The notes under the pieces are model-generated. The model was not told the DNA's origin, did no database searches, and saw only the letters and a program-made list of their open reading frames with translations. This document shows positions 1-13,200 of a stretch of 64,000 bases of DNA, piece after piece. The DNA lies in the NCBI GenBank assembly GCA_002633005.1, contig NMRA01000178.1, positions 69,395-133,394 on the forward strand. Reading direction: 5' to 3'. This DNA comes from Phoronis australis (taxonomy: Eukaryota; Animalia; Phoronida). The translations under genes and the position numbers were made by a program. The stretch's first letter is position 1, and each line of letters starts with the position of its first letter.

Positions 1-213
1 GAGTTGGGAGCGTGCAAAGAGTGTGCCAGGGTGTCGAAAATGCTTACCGGGGACAATAAGAGGTATCGATGGGCGAGTGAAACTGGTGAATAGTGAGGAG
101 GGGCCAAAAGTGACGGGGGAGATGTTTGTCACCCCATCCTCATTCGTGAAAATCCACACGCTGGGTCTATTTCAACTGGTCCGTTATTAACCTTTCTTAA
201 CTTTGTTGTACAG

Positions 214-3200
214 GCCAGCTACACTCCAGAACATAACTACTACTGAAAATCTTCTCGACCAATTAGAGACACAAGCTGTTATTGGAGTCGGGAATTACGA
301 GAAGCTGGTCAAAATGCTGGAGGTGCACGGACTGCTTGATTTGAAGGCAAGGGTGGAACAGCAGGCAATTATTGTGGGTAATGAGGACCTTCGGTGAACC
401 TGCAGTGGTCACTAAAAGTCTCATTGGCACTCAACTGGCATACGGTTGACCAATGATTGTTTTCTGCAGGACAGTTTGATTGTCATCGAAATAAGTTTTT
501 ATTAAGAGTGTGGACTATTTCATATGATTTTCGCAAAACTTTGAAACTCGGATGCAATGTATCAAATTTTTGGAATAATGAGACCTACAAGTCTAAGTAA
601 TGATTGACTTTACTTTTTGTCAAGTAATTGTGTATTTATTCAGACTGCGTGACATTGATGTCATAACCCCTTTTGGTGGATTTATTTCAAAGCGTCTGTG
701 TAGCCAGGTCGTCGTTTCATAAAAAGTGAACAGATTATAATATTTGAAGTGACGATGTGTTCTAAATGAGTTTCTTTCAGCCATATGCCACAGGAGTATG
801 AGCTGACTAATCAACTTGAGCGCTCTACGCTGAGCGTTTTTATATTTTGGTACAGTCGCACTTTGAAACAAGTGACCACGTGGCTCAAAATGTTTAATTA
901 ACAATTTAAAAGTCACTGAGCGAGTACCGGTCGGTTTCGAACATAACATAAATATTCGTTTTAATAAAACGACAATGAGATTTTATGATTAATGTTCACA
1001 ATCCTTTCGTTCGCTCCACGCCTTGTTTTCGCTTATTACCAATACAAAAACTTACTCTCCTATCGACTTGTGCTTACATGTACATTGTGTATGACCAGGA
1101 ATTTCAGAAGCGATATTCAAAACTTTTTCTAAAGCAAATCGGTCTACACGTACATGCGCACCGTGCCTGTTTCAGACGACGCAAGTGTCATCACGTTTCG
1201 GAGGCGATTGCTTCAGAAATTGCCCCAGAATTTTCCTCGTGCAATGTGGTCACTTGTGATTCCCTTGATTGGCTGGCTTCTTTACAACACGTCAGGTGAG
1301 AACTTTAAAAATCTCTCGCATCAACCACTCGTTCACTGTCCACCGGTCACGCAATGGTTGACGGGTGGGTTTGTACTGACACTTTTTTACGTGTACATAT
1401 TTAGAACATGGAGACTCAAAAGTGAGAGAAGATGATAAGACAACTGCAGGTGAGTTGAATGAACAACAACAAATGACGTGCGTAGTAAGTTACTTGCAAT
1501 CTGATCTTCCTAAATGAGCTACAACACGTCGTGTGCATGCGTTGTCATCAAGCAACTGTTTTCTTAAATGTCATCACCAATCAGCCAAGCTAAAACTTCA
1601 AGTAGAACACCTAAGGATACGTTTGTTGCGCCACAGTCCTCACAGACACGAGATGAGAAAGAAATGCTGTAGAGCGCAGTGCACCTTTAAAATCGTTAAT
1701 TTAAATACACATCGATCGTTTTCACATTTCTTATGGTAGAGAGCAATTCTCATGGTAAAAAGCGTCTGATTATTTTGATACCATTATTACAATGACATAG
1801 GTCTAACAAGTACCAAAGAGGTTCAGCCAAATGATCAAATGTAAATATGAAAGGAACGGTATATAACCACTTGCCGTTATGAAACTGGTATGTAATTGTT
1901 CCTTTGTCAAATTGCTTAAGGAACATGCAGGAAGTGGTTCAGATCTCTAAAGTTCACTTCTTGGACTGAACGCTGGGTTTACGGTGGCCTCAAAGATTCA
2001 TATAGTCTCATTAAAGTGTAAATATACAAATAAAGTACTAAAATACAAACAACCCCGGGTGCCAAAGGAAGCATCCGAGAACCAGTTACTATTACAATCT
2101 CTTGAAAGTCTCGTTTTGCGAGACTATTTTTATGCAAATGAGTGTGGCAATATTTCATCGTTACCCAAATGAAACGAGACACAGTTTTTATTATTTCTTT
2201 ATTTCCCTATCAAATAACAATTGCGTTACATTTGAAATTGCTAGGTTTTTTATGTGTTCAAATTTTAAGTGTACCAGTTGCACAGTGGTATTTTCTTTAA
2301 AACCACAATTTATTTACACATTGGTTTTCCTGAAAAAACTTGTACACACAGTTCTCCAGGAAGTCACTAGGTGGCGTTTGCTATGAATTTAAATATCCTC
2401 GGTTTTAATTAGACATAGCATCCTTTAACGGAGATAGTTTTACACACTTTACAGGTACTGCTCTAAAAGCGCCAGATGGACAGCCGGTTGTTAGAGCCGA
2501 AAAACTCACTCATGCAACAATAACAATGAGGATACCGACTGGTCCAACGGAGACGGTAAACTAACCATTTCAACAGCTTAAAGAGGCCTGGAACGCAATA
2601 GACAGTCTAAATTGTAATATTGACAGTGGTTCTCTGCCATTGAATCGGGATTCAATCTGCTCACCAGGTATTTTTAGGGTTTGCTCGTAGAGATTTTAAA
2701 TTTTTGTTGACATCAAAGTATTTTTAGTTTCAAATTTCAAAAAAGAATCTGTCGAGTGCTCGCCATTTTTCTCCCACAAGGCAAAGCACGTCTCATTACT
2801 TTGGTACGGAAAGACACAGACATAATACATTTCCTTTATATGAAAAAAGAGACCTTTCACCTCAAGCGACTTCAAGCAACTGACTGGGAGAATTTATCAA
2901 TAGTGAGACACAGAAGCTCTGTGGTAACCATAGAGTTTTCATCTTCGCGTGCATTTCAAAAATTGTGATTTTGTGATTTTTTTTCTGGAAACTAGACCTT
3001 GCGAGGTGGTATTTTCATCATGAATTGTTGAAAAGATAATTTTGACGAGCTTTCGCGTTCCATGCCTCTTTTACACGTGTAGCCAGCAGATATCCTAAAG
3101 TCAAATGTATTGTTTAGCACTTCATTGATTGGCAGAAACACTCTGGCTAAGAGTTCTATTAGTTCACGACATGCACTCGTAAACAATTAGAGTGATAGGG

Positions 3201-4216
3201 AGCCAATACGGAATGGATAGTTCCAACTTGTCAATCTAGCTACCAGTTCTATCTAAGCAGGGCTCAGGAACATAGTAACGCAACGATTGTTATGTTCCTT
3301 CGCAGACCGAAGTATTTTGAACAATGCAAACGATAGTCCGCCATCTTTAGCCTACTAAGATTGGCTGCTAAGAAGGAAAGCGATACGCTTTGGACACTTG
3401 CTATGAAAATGAACGATATACAAAGCACGAAAAAGGAAAATGTAACACATAGCAGACTTGATGATCAGCTGAAAATACAATAGAGTTTCTTTAATAGTAT
3501 CTATTGTGAATTAATAATAAAACTTGAGGAAATGTGTTCAACACACGTGACTTACGAAAACGCTTTGGACATCACAAAACATGTTCATATTTCTAACCGT
3601 AAACCAGCAGTGGACACAACAAATTAAAACATTCAAATGCAATCAAACTACGGGTTAGTAGCTTTTTATCATCACGCTATGAAATTTAATTTTCGTGCAT
3701 CTAGTCTTGTCAACAAACATAAGAGTACGTACAATTACAAGTACCTGCGGTGAGCCCACTTGCTATAGAATGCAGAGGACATTTGTGAATGACAAGGTAA
3801 CTAAGGTGGGCGTGGCCTGACTGCATTTGTCGGAACTATCCACTACTCGTATTGATGGAAAACATCTTCAAACGTTCACTGAGTTGCTTTGCAATTGAGC
3901 AATCAGATATTTTTAACGCAATACTCAAATTAGTGTTCAAAGTGAAAAGCTATTAAATATATTGTTCCCATAGTTGGTCATCACACCGGCGCCAAACCAA
4001 GGTCAACCAATAATATGTGACGTTCTTGTCAGCTGGAGAATACAAAGATTTCAACTGGTCTTCGATGGTTTGGCAATATGTTCTGGTGTCACTGCCAAGG
4101 CGGAGGGATATCAAAGCAAAGGTGGAGCCGTGGAACATGCAATGAAAGAAATAACCCCTCTACTCCTTGGGTCAGGGGTCACAGTTCAGTACGGAGACAA
4201 GACTTGGACTACTTAA
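214..4216 (+). CDS. DED + anti-LPS-factor (ALF)-like domain protein, paralog 1 (first coding exon lies upstream of the window)
   Basis: Exons 214-377, 1405-1449, 2455-2555 and 3974-4216, all GT-AG and phase-compatible (entering in phase 2, then 1, 1, 0). The first visible exon encodes PATLQNITTTENLLDQLETQAVIGVGNYEKLVKMLEVHGLLDLKARVEQQA (C-terminal half of a DED). The last encodes CDVLVSWRIQRFQLVFDGLAIC-SGVTAKAEGYQSKGGAVEHAMKEI (ALF-like). Exon sizes 45, 101 and 243 nt match paralog 2. Confidence 0.85.
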
Positions 4217-4859
4217 GAACATGTTGTTGATAGTCAGTTTATCCTCTGTATGGGAAGTTAGGAAATGATGTCAAATGTGTGATCATTCTGTCCGATGTGG
4301 TCATTGTCCCCTCCTGTTCACAAGGGCGTGGGTTCAAACCCTACTGGACCCCGCTGGACCCCGCTGGACCCCGCTGCTAGACCCTGAAGTACGGCCTGTA
4401 GCTCCTCAGCTCGCTTTTAATATAATTTTATGTGTTATATCATGAAGACAGTAACTGTTACTTCCCTAGCGTCAGCAGACGACTTACAACTGTTGTTTTG
4501 CAGCTAGTTTTGTTTATGTCTGTTATTAATGATCGTTGCTTTCACTTGTAGTAAACTTATATAAGTAATTGTGTACGTGGAGCTACTAACTACTAAGATT
4601 CAGGTGATTTATCTGTAAAATTGCCGCATCGATTAGCTCTTTAAGTTGGTCAGCTGAAATAGGGGACATAACTCCAGTCAGTTATCTAGCTCAGTCGTGG
4701 AAAACCAAGTAAAATAAAGAACGAGAAGAGCCACGACAAAGTTATTGATTTGATAAAAATTTTTCCAACAAAAATCTCAAAACAGCCAATGGGATTCATG
4801 AGTTATAACGTGACACTGGTGACAGTAAACATCCTATATATGACGTTTATTTGAAAAAA

Positions 4860-5460
4860 TAATAACGATAATAAACTTATCAATTAAATAGATGCATAAA
4901 TACTAATGAATATACGAATAAATTAATGTATAAATAGATATATGTATAGTTAAACAAATAAAACTTCATAATTACAAACATAACTAGTTAACTGGATGAA
5001 TAAATACATATTAAACAAATACAGATCAGAAAAGGATAAGTAGAGTGTTGCACTACAGTCAAAGGATGGACTTAAAAATATAAAAAGATCTCTGATTCCT
5101 CACTTTCAAGTTTACGATATAAACATTTTTGCACGTGGTATTGAAGTTTGAGGAAGATTCTGTTTCTCGTAAGTTAGTTGGTAGGCTGTTCCATTTTTGA
5201 CTCTGGTGTAATACAGAAGCAGACCCTACGCAAGCGCATTAAGCAGATGAACCACTGCGGGTATAACAGCGATGAGATCCACGGATAGCAATAGAGCCAG
5301 GGTAGTGAGGGACACGCATTGTAAAAGATATTTGTATCAGACCTGATTCAGAAGGTCAACTCTGTTTTTGCCAGGCAGTAACTTTAGGAAACTCGTTCGT
5401 ACGAATAATAGATCTGTATGGCAGGTTAAGGAGAAAACGACAACGTTTTTGACATCTCTC
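4860..5460 (-). mobile_element. CR1/L2-type LINE 3' remnant (related copies at about 6032-6480 and 19400-19960)
   Basis: Minus-strand degenerate ORF2 C-terminus, clearest at 19735-19929 (KSRLIHNIFYNACPSYL...RSRSYNT), followed by an AT-rich TAAA-repeat tail. It sits downstream of both DED-ALF paralogs. Boundaries approximate. Confidence 0.55.
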
Positions 5461-6843
5461 AATAATTTGGTTTGGCACAGCAGGAAAAGGTTGGGCAAGG
5501 AAAACAGGTTGGGCCAAGAGTTCCTTTCGAATTAGACGTTCCTAATTTGAAAAATTCGTCGAATTTGAAAAATATTTTGTGTGGACTTTTTGTCGGTTCG
5601 TTTGTCACAATAATTGTGGGGTTTCTAAGTACAGTTATCCAATTTTCAGGTCACTTTCACTCCGTATAGTGGGATACTTGAGGCTGTGCGTAAAAACGCA
5701 CAACGCGTAATTGACACACAACTTCTGGGCCATTACCCGTCGGAGTGTTTTACTGTCGTGCTGCAGTGTTGGGCAAATTGGGGTTAAATATCTCTTTCCT
5801 CCTCCCCCCCCCCCTCTTCTCCCCATCCCTAACTGAGATCACAGCCTTCGCCCTTGGCTACGAGTTGAATCTGCAAATAAATCGATTTTGGGGACCGGCA
5901 CATCCCGCACATGTCTGCGAATAAGTAGTTATGTTAGCCTTGGCAGTGTTCGGTGCAAAATGACTTTGACTACAAGTGTGCACGTCGGACCGGTTCCTTC
6001 GTTTATTACCATGCGCAGCGAAACCCCATGNGTTGGTAGGCTGTTCCATTTTTGACTCTGGTGTAATACAGAAGCAGACCTGCCTCCCGTTCAGTAACGC
6101 TAGGACCTCGCTAAAAAGCAAGACTTCGCGAGATTACGTGATAAATTGCCGTGTATTTCAAATGAGAACACGTGACTTTGACTAGGTTTTAGCTAAGTCC
6201 TAGCGTAGGTTCTAGCGTCTACTGAACACACGCCTGGCCAAACCTTCTGCGCAAGCGCATTAAGCAGATGAACCACTGCGGGTGTAACGGCGATGAGATC
6301 CACGGAAAGCAATAGAGCCAGGGTAGTGAGGGACACGCATTGTAAAAGATATTTGTATCAGACCTGATTCAGAAGGTCATCTCTGTTTTTGCCAGGCAGT
6401 AACTTTAGAAAACTCGTTCGTACGAATAATAGATCTGTGTGGCAGGTTAAGGAGAAAACGACAACGTTTTTTGACATCTCTCAATAATTTGGTTTGGCAC
6501 AGCAGGAAAAGGTTGGGCAAGGAAAACAGGTTGGGCCAAGAGTTCCTTTCGAATTAGACGTTCCTAATTTGAAAAATTCATCGAATTTGGAAAATATTTC
6601 GTGTGGACGTTTTGTCGATCGTTTGTCACAATAATTGTGGGGTGTCTAAGTACAGTTATCCAATTTTCAGGTCTCTTTCACTCCATATAGTGGGATACTT
6701 GAGAGTGTGCGTAAAAATATAATAGGTTTTTAAAACCTATTTTACGTTAGCCTTGGCAGTTTTCGGTGCAAATTGAATTTGACTATAACTGTGCACGTCG
6801 GACCGGTTCCTTCGTTTATTACCATGCGCAGCGAAACTTCATG
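5177..6843. repeat. Local tandem duplication (5177-6030 / 6032-6843) joined at a single n; probable uncollapsed haplotypes
   Basis: The two copies are near-identical apart from copy-specific indels, and the junction is exactly the n at 6031. Confidence 0.75.
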
Positions 6844-7056
6844 TAGACGTAAATCTTTTAATCATGAAACGGGTCCTCAAATCACAAAATCCACTTCGCT
6901 ATAGCTACGGAAAATCGGGAATTCTTGACAAAATTCTCGATTTGGTAAGCGCCATTTCAGGCTACCTTGTTTTTAGCTCATGCACAGTCGTTGCCACATT
7001 AGATATTACGTGTCAGAAACTATACGCTGCGGGCACTGTATTGTGGGCACAACGCG

Positions 7057-7208
7057 CAGGGGACAAGGGGGGCATGATGGCCCCCCTAAAGTTCTCTCAG
7101 ATTCCATTTAGCAGATCGGGGGTGCGAATGGCTGAAGGGGAAAATCCTGGCTAATACTCTGCCCTGGTCGCCCCTCATTCAAAATCCTTGATTCTAAGTT
7201 CGCCCCTG
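7057..7208. mobile_element. Degenerate copy of the short CAGTGGCGGAT-type MITE (related to 32993-33141)
   Basis: Internal sequence ccccctaaa..ctc.cagattccat...gcgaat..ctga.ggg.aaaatcct.gctaatactctgc is shared with 32993-33141; ends are CAGGGG...CCCCTG. Confidence 0.6.
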
Positions 7209-10200
7209 CAGACACTGCACAATTCGGGAACAGCTCTGATATAGATAACAACTTCACAGTGACACACGTCAAACACCAACAATGAAAAGCTCGGAGGAAT
7301 AATTCCCTTTAAAACGTGGTGTTTGGTTGATTTTGGTTCTTTTGTCCAACTACAATACAACTGAGAGAGAACACAGTACACAGGCGGCTCGACTCACTTG
7401 CTTCATCACCAAGATGGCGAACCACTCGGCTCACCATACACCAAGTGACTATGCTTCTCTCTCGCAATACATCTATATTTTTCATGAGATTTTGCGAGTT
7501 CTTGCTTTTCTTGCAAGAAAGTAGGTCTACAGAGCTCACACCTGCCTGGCTTTTTGCCAGGTTGCATCAACATTGAATTGTCGTCTGGCTCCATTCACAA
7601 CAACGCATACCATTGTTTACATATCGCATGGGCATTGGCGTTTTTTCCTAAGCGAGATTCATTGATAAGGCAGTTTCCGACTGGTCTTTCACAACACACA
7701 CCTCTCAAGTAAAGCCCGTTTTTATCTAACTGCCGGAATTGGAAGCAAGGTAAGATGGCCCTCATAGCCATTGTTTCACCTAATTAGTTAATTAAACCCA
7801 GTAGTGGTTTGATGCCTTGGTGGTCATTTGTTTACTGGAAGAAATTGAAAATGAAAGCCACGAGCTCGACTTGCCTCGGTCTCTCGTTCCTGTGATTCGC
7901 TTTGAGAGCACGGATGTATGTGCCAAGGTATTTTACTGTTCGCTATGGTATCTTAGTTATCTATGTATACGAAATGCTGGAACACTTGTACGTGACGTCG
8001 TACTTGATGCTTATGTGACTTGAAACATTGAGCAACCTATAGTTAGTTATTCAAACGGAGATTCTTGAATGACCAAGCACATTTTGTATCCTTTTCACGA
8101 AAGACGTCGCTGTAGTCGTCTGGCGACTGATCTTTCACGTATGGCGCTTGTGCAAAAAACGGCTAAATCTCGTGAGATATTATCCAAATAAACCGCGGAA
8201 AAACGGTTCGCGATAGTTGTAATTTGAATGAGTTTCGAATCAGTTATGATTACCTTCTTAAAACTAGTAACTATAACCCTTGTAATTGAGAAAATCTGTA
8301 TTTATCTATCAAAATATAGACTTATCTCCCTTGTCATGCATACTTGGGGAATGCCCTATCGATGATCCCCGGGTAGAATCGTGACGCATGCGGATGATAC
8401 TAGGGTACTTATAGTATTAATTGGAGTAATTTTAAAACGGAAAACATTTAAACGGTTTAGTTGTCACTAAGTGAACATAAAACGTTCACTGTGCGATTAA
8501 AATGAAATAAAATTAGCAAAAGAAGCACATTTGACAGATCAACTGATTGCTCTATTGACGTTCCCACACTGAACTGCAATTGCTTAGCCATGTACTTCAT
8601 CGATCAAAGTTCGGGACCACAATGGCAGATTTGTCAATTTCAAAAGCGTTGGAACACTTGAAGATCAATTTCACTCTTAAAGATGAGCAAAAAGATTGTT
8701 GAGTTGATGACTTTACTACAAGGCCAGAACAGCAACATTTTTTCACAAGACGGCGGTGATGATGATACTGATGATGAAGAAAACAGTGGTGCCGCTTTTA
8801 GTACTTTCTAATTAGTGATATAATTAAAGGAAATTATTAAGTAGTGTATGCTCACACTAAGGCTCTGACGTCAACAAGTGACGGTGTGAAACGCTTGCAA
8901 AACAAGGAACAAGGTTCCAACGTGCCAATTGTGCAATTGTGTTAGAATGGTGAATTTAATGCTGAAAAATTAATTTCAATGATATCTATTCGCATCACAA
9001 CAGGTTTCGCAGCACCGAAATATTATAAATTTTCTAATACACTATTGACCCGGAATTTCCGAATCTGTGTCTGGAGGTTTTACGGAAATTTGGTAACCCT
9101 GCCAAAAATAATCAAAAACATACAACACGGATGCACTAAATAAAATCAAAATATTGCTCCCGAAAGACATGACAACCTGGAATTAACAGGGAACCCAGCA
9201 GCCCTTTTAGATCACCCTAAAGTACAAAAACCTGGGGCACACAGTTGAAAATTCAAATCAGATTTTCATGGATCGTTTTACTGTCAAAATTGCCCTTCAT
9301 TTTTTTTTGTTTTTAGAGAGTAACACTATCAGTGATAGTGTTTTCAAAGCAACAAATGTACAGAGAACGTCATGCAGGCATGTATTTTCAACCTTAACTA
9401 ATTGTAGGAGATCCAAAGTATTTATCATTTTAAATCTTTATATAAAAGTAATCCTGTGTTATACATTGACGCTAGTTGGTAAAAACGAGAGCAATAAAAT
9501 TCAAGTAGTACCTCTCCTTTAATGCAATATGTTTAAACATTGTGTGCGTGAAAGTATAACACACATAATATGCATATCTGGTCTAGCCTTTTTTAGTAGA
9601 GTATTACAGTTCAACAACTGAAATTAAATACCAATAACATGACCGATGTCAGACAGTGACCAGTTAGAGACGGTGGTCACTGTCTAGAGCGATGTGCGAT
9701 ACACAGAATTATCTGTGTTCAAGTGAATTGACTTACGGCCGTAAAATTTGAATCACTGATCAATTTTAGTACTGCAGATGGGAAATATGTTTTACTTAAT
9801 CGTACAAGCTTTTGCAGAAATTCTAAATTACAAAATAGGGCTCAAGTCGGATAAACGGTACCTGACATGGATAACCAGTTTCATCCACTGATAGCGACAG
9901 TAACCCAAGTAGCGACGGTGCAGCTCCTAAAGGAGGTTCATGCCCTGGAAGATTTTCGGCGAATTATGCCTCACACTGATAAAAACATAGGGTGACAATG
10001 CACTGGTTTTACAAAATAAATTGTCAACCAAAGTTATCAAATTTAGGAAATCTGTTAATAATTTAAAGTTTAACTGGCTTACTTTGATACTCGCTGTGGC
10101 GACTGCCAGGTCGTCAAATCGAGCACAGCCCGTACTTAAGTGACCAGCTCTACAGATCATGGCAGTTTAATTCGTGGGGCGCTGTTAATTGTTCCTGTTC

Positions 10201-10228
10201 TTGTCCTCTAGGCTCTGTGTAGCAGACT

Positions 10229-13200
10229 ATGAATGAGGACAAAGTGGAACTTCACTACCAAATCTTCGAACTGATAGAAGACGAAGTTGACACGGAAGAC
10301 TTTGAGAGACTAAAGGCCGCCAGTGGCCGTTGGATTAAGTAAGAAAACAAAAAACTTTGCCTGTGTGTTATAGAAACGTGAATAACTCTCTGTGGCCATT
10401 TTACCCGGTGATTCAATAACAAGCAGTGGCGGATCTAGGATATCACAAGGGGGGCGCCCAACATTTTGTCCGGCTGTAAGCATTAGCGCAAACTGAACCA
10501 CGATTGTAGATGCGCATAGCACCGAATGGGGGGAGGTCGGGAGGGGGTTTGCCCAAGAAATTTTTCTGTTTTTACCTCTAAAAATCAAGCATTTTCCTTG
10601 ATTCCTGAAGTATTATCCAAGAAAAAAAAAAGAAAAAAACACGGAGAACGTGTCAAACAGGAAAAACTCTAAGTATCAAAGACTCGAACTCACGAGCTGG
10701 AGGATAGGGCGCGCATACGTTACCACTACACCNNNNNNNNNNNNNNNNNNNNNNNNNNNNNNNNNNNNNNNNNNNNNNNNNNNNNNNNNNNNNNNNNNNN
10801 NNNNNNNNNNNNNNNNNNNNNNNNNNNNNNNNNNNNNNNNNNNNNNNNNNNNNNNNNNNNNNNNNNNNNNNNNNNNNNNNNNNNNNNNNNNNNNNNNNNN
10901 NNNNNNNNNNNNNNNNNNNNNNNNNNNNNNNNNNNNNNNNNNNNNNNNNNNNNNNNNNNNNNNNNNNNNNNNNNNNNNNNNNNNNNNNNNNNNNNNNNNN
11001 NNNNNNNNNNNNNNNNNNNNNNNNNNNNNNNNNNNNNNNNNNNNNNNNNNNNNNNNNNNNNNNNNNNNNNNNNNNNNNNNNNNNNNNNNNNNNNNNNNNN
11101 NNNNNNNNNNNNNNNNNNNNNNNNNNNNNNNNNNNNNNNNNNNNNNNNNNNNNNNNNNNNNNNNNNNNNNNNNNNNNNNNNNNNNNNNNNCCCCCCCCCC
11201 CCCCTAAATCCGCCTATGACACGTGATTAAAAACACTCGTTCTTCATAAAGGGACTAAATTTTTCAAGTTGAAATCGTTAGAGGTTCCCTTAATTCATTA
11301 CTTGAAATTTAATTCGTCACTCTCTAAGGCCCCTTAGCACATACAAAAGGTGTCAGTAGTAGGCAGGGGTCGTGGGAGCAGCTGGTGTCCTGCGACCCAC
11401 ATTCTGGACAGAAAGTTTCAGAAAATTTGGGCAGAATTTAAGCGCAGCATCCAATGGAAACACAAAGAAAAGACATTCAGAGAAGCTGTAATGACAGTCA
11501 AATACACAGAAATGAATAAACACGAGGCTAGGATTGGTAGCGACCGGGGGTAGGGGGCGGGGTCATCTACCGAAGTGTCGACCGGTTGGAATTGGGGTCA
11601 ATGAGGGAAGAAATAGTGGCGAGCACCGGCGAGTGATAATTACCTTCCTTATGTTCAGGCAAATTTATATCACACGCTGTCCCTAAAAAGTCAAGTCAAT
11701 GGCGTTGTTCCGTAGAGGATTCTAAGAGAAAAGCAAGACCCCGCAAAATCACACGAGCGAAAGGTGGGTGGTTCGCGAATATGTTCAAGACATTCCTAGT
11801 CTAACCTTAACCCAGCAAAATAACGGCCGTTGAAGTCATTGGTAGGTCAGGTTGGAATGTTGCATTATGGGATAGAATTCATAGATTATGGGATAGAATA
11901 GTTTCCGTTGCAAAGACATAAGGTCGTAAGCGCAAGCTCGTATTGCGTCTACTCATCCTAGTGATGCACACGTGGCTTCTATATTGCTAGTACATACGTG
12001 CGTTAAAGACGTTGGAATTCTCTGCCAATGAACATATTTTTAAAAATTGCTTTTCTAGGATTTCATCGTTTACTTTTGTGACTTTTTTTGGATCGCAGTA
12101 GGCTCTATGTCATGAACATCCACAAGTAGGCGCTGTTGTCTATCCACTCCTTCCACGGTCTCCGTCTGCAGTTCCAAGCTCTGTGCAGCCATCAAATTAG
12201 TTAGTTGCCGGTAGAAATTCAAACTTCAACGAATCAAGAAATTTCAATTACTTATTCGAAATCAGGGCTGTTTTTATTAAAATTCAAAAAATTCGGCTGC
12301 ACATCAATTTCGTGTTTTAAGATTTTCTATTGTGAGTGAATCGATCATTGTAGTAACTCTTAATTGTCATTAAAGATGGTTTTTTAAAGAGTCTTAAACA
12401 TAATAGATTGTGTTGGAAATTAAAGGAATTGTCGACAATCAGCCAATGTGCGTCTTGATTTAAAGGTCAGCAACGTTACAGAAAATAACCACCATCCGTG
12501 ATTTGCTTAGACAGTTTGACAAGCAAGCGATAATTGGATTGGGCAATTACGACAAGTTGATTAATCTACTGGACAAGCTCCGCCTGAATAAATTGAAAGA
12601 TGACGTGGAAAAAAAAGCGAGTGAAATAGCCCAGCTTACAGGTAACGTGCACTTTACAGTCGGACTCCAACTCCTTGAACTCGTGACTGCCTATAGATAA
12701 TTTGTAAGTGATGGATCTTCATTGTAGTTTCCTGAGGTTTACCAAATATTCTAATGTACATGTTAGTCGGTTAACAAACACGCATCCATTTCAATTAAAA
12801 TAAAGATGCCCTGAACTCCATCAATCGCATCAAATTAACCTGTCAAAGATAGAAGATGTCTCACAACATTTCTTGTGGTAGTTTTTGTTCTCCATCTTTT
12901 CAGAGATTATAATTATTTACCAATCAAATTTTGCTTTCATTTTTATTCATTTTAGTGCTATCTATTTCGACAACCTCGGTCACCCTTTCATCTGTGGATA
13001 CGAGCTTTTGACGCACACTTTTCATAGTTACGTTCTTTTCGAACAAAAATAATCTCTTTTGAGAAATATCTGAGTTTGTCCTTAAAAACATGATTCTTAT
13101 ACCATAATAAATGTTATTTTTTCTCCTCAAAGAAGGAATGTTACGATTATGATAACTAACAAAAATGTAAGAGTTACAGTAGTTTGATGTTTACAGAGTG

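Noticed and set aside
4060-4165. dsRBD- or DUF1508-like reading of FDGLAICSGVTAKAEGYQSKGGAVEHAMKEI
   Set aside because: The G-x-SK-x-x-A resemblance is real, but ALF also explains the C-x20-C spacing, RFQ.. F.G...C, AVEH and the terminal SG...W; the K is not kept in paralog 2.
10650-11207. Long ORFs at 10650-11207 and 44084-44741
   Set aside because: They are open only because they run through N gaps.
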